A stretch of 63,958 nucleotides of DNA, the filler included, from Collodictyon triciliatum (Eukaryota), in assembly GCA_043381765.1 (NCBI GenBank). It is 6 parts of 6 records of this genome, joined end to end, with 100 filler letters (N's around TTAATTAATTAA, not from the genome) between each part and the next. Parts side by side here need not be neighbours in the genome. Positions count along the whole stretch, not along the records: positions 8,786 to 30,587 come from JBHJMP010000262.1; positions 30,688 to 43,242 come from JBHJMP010000263.1; 4 more parts are not named here. The stretch is one strand, 5' to 3'. The notes under the pieces are model-generated. The model did not search any database. It was not told the origin of the DNA and worked only from the letters and a program-made list of their open reading frames with translations. Positions 25,801 to 39,200 of the stretch are shown here, one piece after another; the stretch's first letter is position 1, and every line of letters starts with the position of its first letter. Both the position numbers and the translations under genes were made by a program.

Positions 25801-28800
25801 GATTTCGAATTGCTTCTGGCATGAGAGAATCTCATATATTTCCAGGCATTTCAGATATACTTCCCGTTCAGACGGAATCTTTGCCCATTCGTCAATTCCA
25901 TGAGGCACACGCGGATTCTGTTTTGGTTTCTTTTGTTGTCCAGGTGGATGTGGCTGATTAAGGCTTTGCTCGGCTTCATGAATCAAGCTTTGGAAAATAT
26001 CAACAGGGATTTTCCATCCCTTCATGGCCAGATTGATCAAAATGTCCCAATCTCTCTCTGACAATGGTGAAACATACGGTTTTTCGTAATCATCTCCAAC
26101 GTCCTTCAATACATTTATTCATGTTAAAATGATATGAATCTTGCTCATAAAGAAAATAAGACAACTTGAAATATATTGCATCATTTTTCTATTTTATTCT
26201 CCTCAAGATAATCACAAAAACCTCCGAAAAGTAGTCTCCCTGGCTTTTGCTTTCAATATCATACTCACACGCTCGACTGGCAAGACAAACAAAATATCTT
26301 TTGATTCGGAGGCCCCGGTAAGATTTCCCTGGATTGAAATTAAATTGGAACGAAAGTGAGGAATCGAGTCTAATGAAAAAGATGGCACTTTTCTCAAAAT
26401 TTAGAGTTCGATTTTGGGAGTAAATTACTCGATGATTCATTGATAGCATCGTCGAATTGGAGAGTCTGATCAAAGTTTCCTCGGTTTCCAACGAGTATTT
26501 TTATCAGGTTTGAGGCAATAGTGAGGCGATAATCATCTGCATACACGACAGTTAATTAATCAAAATCAAATATAAATATTTCATTTCCCCTCTACATTTT
26601 CCAAAGTTCAGTCTCGTCGTGTTTTCAGAAGAAAAGAGTCAGGAACAGATAAAAAAAGGGCGCCATCATTGACAGGTTCTAAAAATCTTATAACACATCA
26701 GCTTACAAAGGAACTCATTCAACTCCATCGGGTCACTGAGGTCATAGCATCTAGGATAAAAGCTGTTGATATCCTCACTTTCCAGCCAATACAGTTGCCT
26801 TAAAGCCTTACACAGACCAAGCTATGATATTGCATGATGAGTGGAGGCACCAGATTACATTTTTTAAATACAGTTTTTTTTTCCCCTTTAAACAATTATA
26901 TTCTCTGGACGAAATTTTTACCTTCGTGGTCAATATGTCGACATTTTCAAAATGATTCACCATCTGTTTTCTTGCCAACTTTCGAAAATTAATATCGTTT
27001 GCGTAAGTTGTCCATTTAAAATCAAAAACGCAGCTTGCACTATCAGGATTTTCGATCCATCTGCATTTACGTGGTGATGATCCCATACATCAAAATTTTC
27101 ATTTATGGTCATGATGAGAATAGAAGATAAAATGGCAAACAAAATAAAATAAATAAAAATAATTTTATATGAGTTTTTCTAGTCAAACAAACCCCCTCTG
27201 TATGAGCTCGTTCCTAATATCTTCATAATTACCACAAATAACAAATACCTACAATGTATACCATAAATTACTCAAGCAATATCAACAAGTGAAAATAACC
27301 TAGACAAAGACTTATCACCAAATAAAACAGTATTTCACCTTTATATGATCTCCAATCTCATGGCGTTTTCGCCAAAAGCTTATTTCATCACTAGCCATGT
27401 TACTATTGAATCGGGGCGTATGGTTTGCTTCATCTGTTGAGGAAAGTCAATGAAAAAATGATTTTTTAAACTATATTTGTCTTTGAATCGAATAAAGATT
27501 TTTTTTAAACGTTATGAATTAACAAAATTTTGATTAGACTAGCAAATAAAACACAAAAAATGTTTCTATTGGAGTAAAAAAAGAAAGTAAAAAAAAAAAA
27601 ACTTTCACCTTGCTGGAAATATCCATCTTGTTCTAGAGTAGCCAGCAGACCATCTTTTTCTTCTACCGCAAATTTTTCGTTTCCGTTTGAAGGCGAGTCA
27701 TCGACGAAATCGTTTGCTGCGTTTTTGAAACACATTCCATGCAAAAACCTACACTCGAATCATCTTAATATCTCTGGTTTCAGAAGAGGATGGCCAATAT
27801 GTGATTATTTTGAGTTAAAGTAGCATGCAATAAAGAGTTGATTTTCTATTGGTGAACGCACTTTTGTTGGCGCAAAAAAATTCTGTAGTTGACTCGAGCT
27901 CTTTCTTCGCTCGATAGTTTGTGCAAAAGCTCCTCACTGACAAGTTCTGACCTAGTTGGTGGTGTTGGCATCTTATGAAAGCGACTTTGGACTTTGTCCA
28001 GCCCCATCTGCCGGTAAGCATAAATTGTGAGATATACCACAATCACTTTTGGATGCAATAAAACTTGATTATATGATTCGACATGGTCTCAATAAATGAA
28101 AAAAAAAAAAAAAGAAAGGAAAGGAAAGATACAAACACCTTCTCTCTCATTTTCTTTTTCTCGAGAGCCACAGTTTGGGCCTCCTTCTCATGAACATGTC
28201 CTCGATTCTTAATCTCTTGGGCAGTGTTTTCGATAAATTTGATATACCTTTGTTGATAATTTACATTTGCACGCGGTTCCTGGATTAATTATGCAATTTA
28301 ATTTCCTTTATGAAATTAGAAGGCTAGATATTCAAAATGATATAAAAATTAAGGATTCATACAAATAAACGAAGAACCATACCACAATTTTAGGAGGTTT
28401 TCTTGGTCTTGAAATCATTCTGTATTTCCGAAGCATTTCAACATCTGCTGATGTACAGTAGGCTTGCATCATTTTCTTATCTGTTTGGTTTCATCATATT
28501 CAAAATCAAAAATTTTTTTATAGAAATAAATGGTATCCCTTGCATCCTTGCGAGATAAAAAACTTAATGCATCTTTCACACTTTTAAAAAGAACCTTTTT
28601 CCATAGCAGCATTTTCATCGATGAGTTTCCATGTCTGCATGTCATCACCAACTGTGCCCACACAATTGTGTCAGAAGAGAAAAAGCTCGAATGAGTTTGT
28701 TTGTTTTCCTATAAAAAAACAATATCGAGAGGATAACCTTATTTTTCTTTTTTTGAAATACAAACCTGTTTGTGTTTGCTCATCGTCCTCCGCAGATGGC

Positions 28801-30317
28801 TGGCCATAGCATAACTGGTCATTCTGATTGGAATCAAAACGAATTGGTACATTTTCACCATTTCTAATTAACCTACTCTGGGTCTTTTTTTCCTCTGCCA
28901 ACAAATGTGGCTCGGGAGGATAGCGATTGTGCACGAAATCTTCATTTTCTACTAGATTTGCTGAGGCCGTATGCAAACTACTTCTAATTTGGTTTTCGCC
29001 CAGGGGTCTGTGCGGCTTTGGATTGGCCGTTCCACGCGCTCGAATCCGCCCTGGCTGAATGATGTTTGCCAATATTCCAGGTGTTGCTGAATCTATGGGA
29101 TTATCCACATTTTGGCTTAAAGGATAAGAGCGCGAGCCATTCTCACTGCCAATCTCTTCATCGACCTGGTGATCACTCTCTGCTGTAAAATCCGATCCAT
29201 AAGCTGTGAAAGAGGGAGATACCGGAGACAATCGGTTCACACTGTTTTCGACACTTGCAGGAACAAACATGACCGACACCTTTGAAGCTCGGTACACTTT
29301 TGAGGGATTGGCCGAGGCGTTCTGTGTGGAAATGGCCTTATCTTCTGCATGAATCTCCTGCTGAGAAAATGATGTATGATGAACAGATCTGGTTGTAAAC
29401 GAGGCGCTTCGACTGGTCGCTGGGAACAGAGGAGACTGAGCAAAAGCCGAAGTTTGCGGCCGCATCTTTACCGAGTCCTTTGGGACAGACTTTGTCGTAC
29501 GCTTAGTCTTTGATGGAGCTATCGAATCAAGTGGGACCCCGTAGATGGACGCAATAGCCGATCGATGCTGGTCTGCAGAACGAAGCGGCGACAAAGGTGC
29601 GTTCGACTGCATCGAAAACGGACGTGGACGCGATATTTGCTTTGTTGAAGGCAACGAAGAAGAAAAGGCCGAAGGAAGAGGCGAATCGGTCATTGCATTT
29701 TGTTGGATAGCGGATGAAAGCGGCCGTGTTCGGGGAATGGATACTAGCGGCGTGGACACCATGAACGACTCTCTGGGTATTGAAACTGGCTTTGGCGTGG
29801 ACGTTGTTTGGCGCTCGCGATGGCCAAAGAATGAGATGAACTCGGTTGTGGATGAGACGGGCGCCGATGATGTAGTGGTGCCGGTAAGTGTGGTGGATGG
29901 ATTCGATGTCTCTGATGGCGCAGAATCGGATGAAGACGAAGATGGAGACGAGGAAGAAGATGGTGATGGCGAGGGAGGTGATGATGGTGGCGGGGATGGT
30001 GATTGTGATGATGTCAGGGACGAGACTGAAGATGAGGTGGAGACCCGGCCGGCGGGAAGTTGTGGTTGACGTCTTTGGGTTCTTTTGCGTGGTGGACGTG
30101 TTTGAGTTTGAGTTTGAGTTTGAGTTTGAGTTTGAGTTTGAGTTTGAGTTTGAGTTTGAGTTTGAGTCTGAGTTTGAGTCTGGCTTTGCCGATCAGCGGC
30201 TGTGAAGGACGTCGGTGCGTGTGGTGTTCGTGTCAGAGAGCGGAGCAGTTTGTCTCGTTGGGATCCGTGGCTTTTGAGTGTTGGCGCGGTCAGCGATGGC
30301 AGAGTATGCAGCTCCAT
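22842..30317 (-). CDS. Tubulin-tyrosine ligase-like protein, TTLL3/TTLL8 (tubulin monoglycylase) type, with long low-complexity N-terminus
   Basis: [73 protein letters not shown]...[22 protein letters not shown]...[10 protein letters not shown]. The DIRQW...W.PLTIWFY segment is characteristic of glycylases. First exon is about 1.55 kb, Ser/Pro-rich, with a (TQ)n repeat. Confidence 0.9.
23041..23757. repeat. 12-bp minisatellite (~60 units; TTAAAAGAATGA with variants TTAAAATGACGA, TTAAAATGATGA, TTAAAATAATGA, TTAAAAGAATGG) in the last TTLL intron
   Basis: Visible directly; lies between the donor at 23827 (GAG|gtttgt) and the in-phase acceptor at 23001. Confidence 0.95.
27460..27510 (+). mobile_element. 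Micro-insertion, copy C (TATATTTGTCTTTGAATCGAATAAAG) between imperfect direct repeats, in a TTLL intron
   Basis: GATTTTTTAAAC (27460-27471) and GATTTTTTTTAAAC (27497-27510) differ only in T-run length. The core shares 19 identical nt with 47322-47340. Confidence 0.6.
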
Positions 30318-30441
30318 GACACTTTGATGGTTACAGAGGTTTATTGTGGCGGAAGCAACTTTTTTCGTTTTTGTTTTTTGTTTTTGTTTTTGTTTTTGTT
30401 TTTTTGTTTCTATTCTATTCTATTCTTTTCTTTTCTTTGTC

Positions 30442-30476
<35 letters not shown>

Positions 30477-30549
30477 TTTGTTTCTATTCTATTCTTTTCT
30501 TTTCTTTTCTTTGTCTTTTGTTTTTGTTTTTGTTTTTGTTTATGTTTTT

Positions 30550-30587
<38 letters not shown>

Positions 30588-30983
30588 NNNNNNNNNNNNN
30601 NNNNNNNNNNNNNNNNNNNNNNNNNNNNNNNTTAATTAATTAANNNNNNNNNNNNNNNNNNNNNNNNNNNNNNNNNNNNNNNNNNNNCAAATAAAAAACA
30701 AATAAAAAACAAATAAAAAACAAATAAAAAACAAATAAAAAACAAATAAAAAACAAATAAAAAACAAATAAAAAACAAATAAAAAACAAACAAAAAACAA
30801 AAAACAAAAACAACAAAGTAGCGTGTGCCACCACCAGCCGGGGGCTTCAGTCGCTTTTTAAATGGCACTAAAAATTGTAAGCAACCAACCTTTGATATAA
30901 GTGAAAATCATTAAGGGTCGCTCGAAGTGTTGCGATGACATTTATTTCATGATGTTCCCTTGCAAAACATTATTTCATGCAAT

Positions 30984-32310
30984 ATGTCGCATTCTCTTGT
31001 TCATGGCCAATTCCTGGCTTCTTCTTCTCCTAAAAACTAGAAATCCGTCATCGGGTTATCCACAAAAACTCCAAGGCTGTTTTTAGCCTCGGCAAACAGT
31101 GACTGCGTTCTCTACGCCTCGGGGTCCAGAATTGTTCTCACCAATCTGAAAGATATGTAATGCCTCATTATTTTTCTCTAAAATCAGATTATTACCACCA
31201 CTACGCCCCGATATATGCATCTACTGCATTCTGCTAATACCCATACATGTCCTTTACCCAGCACTAAGCAGAAGCTGTTTCAGTCAGATGATGGAGATGT
31301 GCATGCATTAGCGGCTTCTACTGATTCAGAATTACTTGCAAGTGCTCATGGAGACGGACGGCTGGTCTGCTATTTCGATTGAATGCATTTGCTTCACAAT
31401 TTGTTTCTTTCCTCTGATATGTCCTTCAGAGCGACAGTCAAAGTTTAATATGTCGCGCCACTAAATGTAATTGAAGTGTGAAAATGTTAATAAATTTGAG
31501 ACTAACACAGCCTTGCTAGGGACTTTTCATTTACGTTTGGCGTACCAACGACGGCGAATGCATTTTGCGATTTGATGCTCCAAAAGACATTGTGACAACA
31601 TTGTCATTCTCACCAGACAATAGACTTCTTGCGGCAGGGACAAGAGGGGGTCGCACTATCATCCTAGATATACGCTCATCGCAATCTATTATAGCCACAA
31701 AACCTGGGACTGTCCCTCATTTTGGTGAGCCCCATTCTTTTTCATTTGCCAAATCATAGTTTTGTTCAATTATATTTTAAGAAAAAAATTTTAACGATCA
31801 TTTTTTTTTTTTTTTCTAGTACAATGGGACATTCAAGCTGAGGCGCCAAACGGAGTCGATGTGTCGGGACCGATTCATAAATTATATTCGGCATCCGAAA
31901 AATATGTAATGAAATCTTTGTTTGCCCTAGTTTTACTAGAAACTCTTAGTTTATTCAGTACTCGATTTTGTAATATCTCATTTCAAATATGAAAAGAAAA
32001 ATTAGTGCAATAATTCGAACATGTGTATACTAGCTTCACGAATATGTCTTGTGCGCTGAAACAGCAGAGCTGACCAGTAACATTCGTGTATTTACCATGT
32101 CAAAGGATTTTCCTGTACCTGGTTAGTAAAAACAAAACAAAACAAAACAAAACAAAACAAAACAAAACAAAACAAAACAAAACAAAACAAAACAAAACAA
32201 AACAAAACAANNNNNNNNNNNNNNNNNNNNNNNNNNNNNNNNNNNNNNNNNNNNNNNNNNNNNNNNNNNNNNNNNNNNNNNNNNNNNNNNNNNNNNNNNN
32301 NNNNNNNNNN

Positions 32311-32363
<53 letters not shown>

Positions 32364-34442
32364 AAAACAAAAAAACAAAACAAAAAAACAAAACAAAACA
32401 AAAAAAACAAAAAAAAAAGGTTACAAAGTTATAAGACGTAAAATACAAAAAATAATAATAATCAGAAACATAGGAATAACCATAAACCCCGGTAAATAAT
32501 AGCCCCAAAAATGCTAAATAATATGAAACTCTATATATTTATGTTTCGTTCATTTCTTATTTAAAACCATGTTAAGGGTTCTAGCGTCTATTGTGTACAC
32601 TTTCCATATAGCAAAGTTTAATTTACTTCTGATGCAGGAATGTTGAAAGACCTCAACGCAGTCACGTTAATAGGGCCCCATTTATTGTTTGGTATTCTTT
32701 TCTATATCTATATATTATTTCTGATTCAAGCTATTAAAATCGTATGTAATTTTCAATTATTTATGGCGATTCCTATTTTTCTTCTGACCTTCTTGCTACA
32801 TTTGCCTACCGCTTAGGTTGCCAATTAGGAGACGTTTCTTTTTACGATACTCGAAAATCAGCCTTCGTGTATAAAATACGGGTAATTATTTGAGACATCT
32901 TCAGTGGTCAATGATTATTAAGCGCTATTCATATTTGAGCAAATGAAGCAAAGAAATCTTGTGTTTGTGAGTGGAAAAATTCCAAAATTTTATTGGTTAT
33001 TTTTAAGCCCTCTTTGAGAGGGTGCACAGCTATCGCAGGAGTAAATGATACCATCTACAGCAGCCACAATAATGGACATATATATCAGATTAAAGTTTCA
33101 GACCATTCCGCTCAAACAACAGGTGAGTTTGGTTATGTGTGAAAAAATTACCATGTGGTGATACTTTGGCCTTGGAATTCATAATTCAATATTAATGAAG
33201 ATGTAATTTTCTTTATTATCAAAAGGGGAAGCAAATGTAGATATGTCAATATCTTCACTATGTTTAACAAGCAAGGGGGAAGTTCTATTTGCAACTGTGG
33301 ACGGACGATTATTCTCGTATGTTCTGGGACTAATGCAATACCCCTTTTAATTATCACACCAAACATACGCGCATCTATACTATCAATACCCTGCTGAGTT
33401 CGAATATAATATCTAATATCATATTATTGAAGACTCGCGACGAGAATGATGAGTACAACAGTCTTACTTCATTCCCCGTCATCGAACCTTCTCGGATTGA
33501 CCCTCGACACATCCGGCAGGTTTATAGGGTATATTGTTGTTCCGTTGTGTCATCACATATATACATATATATTCAAATTGCAAAATCTAACAAAAATATA
33601 TGTGGTTAGAGTTGCTGGTCATGACGGTGTCAGTATATGGAACGCTGCGAATCTGAAAATGGTTTCAAAGAAAACATTGCCAACTCCTAGTCTTAGTTGT
33701 AAATTCGATATATCAGGTATGCAGGACATAAACAAGAATATTATCTTGAATAGCCCATAAAGAGCTTCTGAGTTCAAGTATATTTTACATATATATTTTA
33801 AAAAAATTGAGAACAGAGAAGCAGCTTTTTTCTGGATGGGAAAATGGGAGTGTCTGTTTGACATCATTTGAAGGGGGGATGGTTTGTTTTATGAGTGCAC
33901 TTTATGATATCCTATGTACTTCAATATAAATGATTTTTACAATTTTTTGTATCCGAAATACAGCTGTGGGAAAGGAAGGGTGCCCATCAGTATCCGGTCA
34001 CATCAGTAGCTTGCACCCAGGTGAGTTACATTTCCGGAGACTCCACAGGGGTCATCCACGTATGGACCCGAAAGACACACGAGCTTGTAATGAAGTACCA
34101 TATTCAAAGGTTTACCTCTTTTTTTTTTAATCCCTTAAATCTTTCAATTTTTTCAATTCTCTCTTCTTATGAAGCAAAAATAACCAGAATATACTTTACT
34201 CAATTTCTCGATGCCCTGATATATTGTAGGAGGAGGATTAAAGAGATACTACCAGACAGTGTCTTTCCAACATTGATCCATTCGTGCGGTGAGGACGGCT
34301 CAGTATCGACATTTGATATGCGCGAAGAAAGAGTTGTATCCAATCATATCAATAAGGTTTATAACCTGCATAGTGTTTTGTCTCTCATTTCTTTCATTTT
34401 CATTTCTTTTGTTACATTCCCCCTTTCATTCCCCCTTTAATT

Positions 34443-34490
<48 letters not shown>

Positions 34491-35228
34491 TNNNNNNNNN
34501 NNNNNNNNNNNNNNNNNNNNNNNCTTTCTTTCTTTCTTCCTCTTTGTCTTACCTTTTTTTCTCTTCTGGGGTGGGCAGGGAGGTTCTTCGCCGATTTTAA
34601 ATTCATGAGAAACGTTTTGTTTTAGGAAGAAGGACCATTCACATCTATTGTCCAATCAAAGACTGGGACCGTATACACCACTGGTAAACCTCCCGTGATT
34701 CAGGTGCTCTTTTCATACGACTGCAATTCTATTGTGTATCACATTGTCGCTTTAAAGCACTCCAATATCTAAAATAATTATTAGACATGGGAACACGGAA
34801 GACTTGCACCGGTGGCCACTGTCGGGCTAAATGAAGAAGAGCCTGTTATCCTGGTTTGTGGTATTCGAATTCTCTTGATTAAATTTGTTTTGTGAATGGA
34901 GTCGTGAATGATTCAATTTTAAGGTGGCTTAAACCAAAACCACTACTACTAGCTACATAGTGCTTCTATTTCCCCATGTGGTCGCTACATAGTCTGTTTC
35001 TCTCAGGATGACTACGCCTACATTTGGGGTATTCTCATTTATACTCAAGTTGTTGGTCAAATTATCTTATCCAACTAATTCTTGTCTATCCACTTATTTT
35101 CCCAACAGACATGAAAATCAACCAGATGTTGTCCAGCCAAAGTAGCGGAGCGAAAGGAATACAAAAAACAATATTTTCCCCAGACGGCGGCATACTTTAC
35201 GGGATAGGTTCAAATTCCCACGGATTGG
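30984..35228 (+). CDS. WD40-repeat protein, divergent CFAP52/WDR16-like; 3' end runs into gap
   Basis: KSVIGLS...VLYASGSRIVL, DVHALAASTDSELLASA, IYVWRTNDGECILRFDAPKDIVTTLSFSPDNRLLAAG, ISGDSTGVIHVW, IHSCGEDGSVSTFDMREER, SISPCGRYIV, TIFSPDGGILYGIG. The WD40 call is secure; the subfamily is inferred from N-terminal layout. Confidence 0.75.
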
Positions 35229-36208
35229 TTGCTTGTATTTATATGTGGTTATTCTTGACTGCGCTTACATATGACTTCCATCTCTTTTGTCTAGCAATTC
35301 ATAATCTANNNNNNNNNNNNNNNNNNNNNNNNNNNNNNNNNNNNNNNNNNNNNNNNNNNNNNNNNNNNNNNNNNNNNNNNNNNNNNNNNNNNNNNNNNNN
35401 NNNNNNNNNNNNNNNNNNNNNNNNNNNNNNNNNNNNNNNNNNNNNNNNNNNNNNNNNNNNNNNNNNNNNNNNNNNNNNNNNNNNNNNNNNNNNNNNNNNN
35501 NNNNNNNNNNNNNNNNNNNNNNNNNNNNNNNNNNNNNNNNNNNNNNNNNNNNNNNNNNNNNNNNNNNNNNNNNNNNNNNNNNNNNNNNNNNNNNNNNNNN
35601 NNNNNNNNNNNNNNNNNNNNNNNNNNNNNNNNNNNNNNNNNNNNNNNNNNNNNNNNNNNNNNNNNNNNNNNNNNNNNNNNNNNNNNNNNNNNNNNNNNNN
35701 NNNNNNNNNNNNNNNNNNNNNNNNNNNNNNNNNNNNNNNNNNNNNNNNNNNNNNNNNNNNNNNNNNNNNNNNNNNNNNNNNNNNNNNNNNNNNNNNNNNN
35801 NNNNNNNNNNNNNNNNNNNNNNNNNNNNNNNNNNNNNNNNNNNNNNNNNNNNNNNNNNNNNNNNNNNNNNNNNNNNNNNNNNNNNNNNNNNNNNNNNNNN
35901 NNNNNNNNNNNNNNNNNNNNNNNNNNNNNNNNNNNNNNNNNNNNNNNNNNNNNNNNNNNNNNNNNNNNAAAAAAAAAAGGAAAGAAAAGAAGGGAAGATG
36001 AGTGAATAAAGGGAAAACTGTAAGTTCACTATCCTGCACAAAATTGAAAGGAAGAATAAAAAAAAGAAAAAAAAAGGGAAAACTCTAAGAAAGTGTGACG
36101 AAACCACTCCCACAGGCACCAAGGACATCGAGGGCTTTGACACAGACACCCACCCAAGGAGAAGCTTACAAGCAGAGAGCAGGCCTGTGCGGCATTGCGA
36201 GCGCAGCC

Positions 36209-39200
36209 ATGCAGTTTGTAAACACGCGTGAAAGCCCATTGGAGGGTCTCGCGGATCTCAAAGGGTGCACGGTGGATCAGCTATTACAGATGACGCGGTT
36301 AGACTTGCGAAGGGTCAATCCATCCTCTCTTCCAGAAGAGATCGGCCAATTAATTCGTGTCAAAGAGCTCCTTGTTTCATTCTCTCCACCAGAAAACAAA
36401 CATCGTCCCCAACTCCCATCTTCTATCTCCCTCATGACCGCACTCACAAAGCTCTCCATCGAGCACGCCATGTTTATGGACTTTCCTGTGGTCTTGTTCA
36501 AATGCACACAACTTCGTGACCTTAGTTTGACTGATTGCTCCCTATCTTCAATCCCCTCAGGGCTTAGCAGCCTAGATTCTCTGGAGGTACTCAACCTATC
36601 CCATAACCTGCTTCGAATTGTCCCAGGGGAAATCCAACACTTACAGAGTATCAAGGAGCTTGACTTTAGTTACAATGAAATCAACATCCAAGAGAATCGT
36701 TTCTGGGCAGAGTACATGAGCCAAAATGGATACACCTCTTTTGACATTGTTAGCACCACAATGACCCACTCTTTTGTTTCAGATACCAATACGGGAGTCA
36801 AAATGGATGAAAAAAAATCATGTCCAGTATCTAAACCAGAAGAAAATATCCTAGGTGAGTGTCACATCATATTAATAGTAAGGATATCTTTATATAAATT
36901 AATGAATTGCACAGTATTTATGTATTTTTTTTNNNNNNNNNNNNNNNNNNNNNNNNNNNNNNNNNNNNNNNNNNNNNNNNNNNNNNNNNNNNNNNNNNNN
37001 NNNNNNNNNNNNNNNNNNNNNNNNNNNNNNNNNNNNNNNNNNNNNNNNNNNNNNNNNNNNNNNNNNNNNNNNNNNNNNNNNNNNNNNNNNNNNNNNNNNN
37101 NNNNNNNNNNNNNNNNNNNNNNNNNNNNNNNNNNNNNNNNNNNNNNNNNNNNNNNNNNNNNNNNNNNNNNNNNNNNNNNNNNNNNNNNNNNNNNNNNNNN
37201 NNNNNNNNNNNNNNNNNNNNNNNNNNNNNNNNNNNNNNNNNNNNNNNNNNNNNNNNNNNNNNNNNNNNNNNNNNNNNNNNNNNNNNNNNNNNNNNNNNNN
37301 NNNNNNNNNNNNNNNNNNNNNNNNNNNNNNNNNNNNNNNNNNNNNNNNNNNNNNNNNNNNNNNNNNNNNNNNNNNNNNNNNNNNNNCCAAATGATTTCAA
37401 GACATTGGATAAGATAGTCAAACTCACAATCCAATACAATACCTTCTTAATATTGGAGGTCCCTGTTGTCCGAGAATACATACATACAATTTGGACCAAC
37501 AAAACAAACATAAAAGAATACTTGCAAAATTCATCTAAACAAATCCCTAAAATTACGTCGTCGGAATCACTGGGCACATGGGTTTGGTTTTGGTTTTCTT
37601 TGTACACAAGGGAAATCATCCCCCGTTTTTGCAAATCAGTTCAAGCCAAATACTTTGTTTCATTACTTTTTTACATTCTTTACCTTATTGTTCTTCTCAT
37701 GTATGTTATTGATAAGAATACGAGTGGTGGTGTCAGTGTTTACTCTGCATCCAACGTGATTGAACAAAAATTTGATATATCATCCATATCAGAAATTACT
37801 CAAATTTGGCCATTTATTGAGGAAAATTTCATACCAAATTATTACAAGACCATGTGTGATTCTGAGTACATCATACCGAGCAAGTCTGCGAATGCAACAT
37901 ATTCCTTTTACCGACCTATCCTAGGGTTTCGTTTGAGACAACTGCGTGTTCGTGAGATAGAGTGCGACAAAGAAAATTATGCTATCAACCGTGAGAATCA
38001 ATCTTTACACTCGACCATGTGCTCCCCGTCGTATGGGTTGGATAGTAGGAGTAGAGATCCATATGGCGTTGATGATCGTTATCAGTATAAAGAACTATGC
38101 TCTGAGACTCATTTATCTACATTCTCTCCTGCTGGGTTTTTTTACGAATGTGATGGCTATATTGAATTCATAAAACTTACCAACCAAACAGACATGGTAG
38201 CTCAAGTAAACCAGCTGAAAGAAAATTACTGGATTGACCATCTTACCAGATATATTGCCATTGAATTTGTTGTTTCATTTGACAACATAAAATGTCTTAC
38301 CGTGACTTCCATAAACATCGAAGTATTGCCAACTAGTCTCTGTAACTCTTGGATCTACATCCAATCGATGCCAAAAGAATGGATTGTCAAAGATACGCCG
38401 AAAACAACCGGTTATCATCTTGCTCTTTTAACGTGGGCGATGTCTTTTCTCTTATTTCAAATGCAAAGATTACGTCTAAGCCTCCGCAATGATAATTTCG
38501 ATTCATGGTTTTTCTATGACATGGTAATACTGATTCTGTTTTCTATTGCCACTGTCGTTGAATTTGAGCTCAACCATTTGGTGAATCAACAGGGGAATGA
38601 ATACGTGGTATATATTGACAAAGCACAAAATTACTTGGACTTGGCATACTTTTGGTCGGTGGAAAAAATATTTATTGGCTGGATTGTACTTCTCAGCTTC
38701 ATAAGAATTTTATTCTACACGAATGTTGACCCAAACTTAGGTCCTATGCAATCCATAGTTAGGAGCATGATTAAGGATATCATCCGATTCTTTGTATTTT
38801 TGCTGGCATTCATGGTTGCTTTTTGTACTTACTTCTACACCATTTATGGACCGAGATTGAGCGATTATAGTCTTTACCCAAAGTCTTTTTACGTCACCAT
38901 GAGCTCAATATTTGGAGGTTTTGATCCGGATAGTCTAGCAGATGTGCAACTAATATTAGGAAGAGTTGACTCTTACATATTTTCATTGATCACGTCTATC
39001 ATTCTTCTGAATTTTTTGATTGCAGTTTTGAGCGGGACATATGACGATGTCCAGTCTGAATCATTACGACAGTATAAGATGCTATTTTGTGAAGCTGTGT
39101 TTTTCTTGAAGAATATATCTCTCCCTCCTCCATTAAACGTGTTTACCCCTATTTTCTGGGCTGTAGAGACAATTTGGGTATGTAGGCTAGAATTTTGGCG

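Noticed and set aside
30101-30182. (TTTGAG)n as an interstitial telomere repeat
   Set aside because: It lies in frame within the TTLL first exon and encodes (TQ)n.
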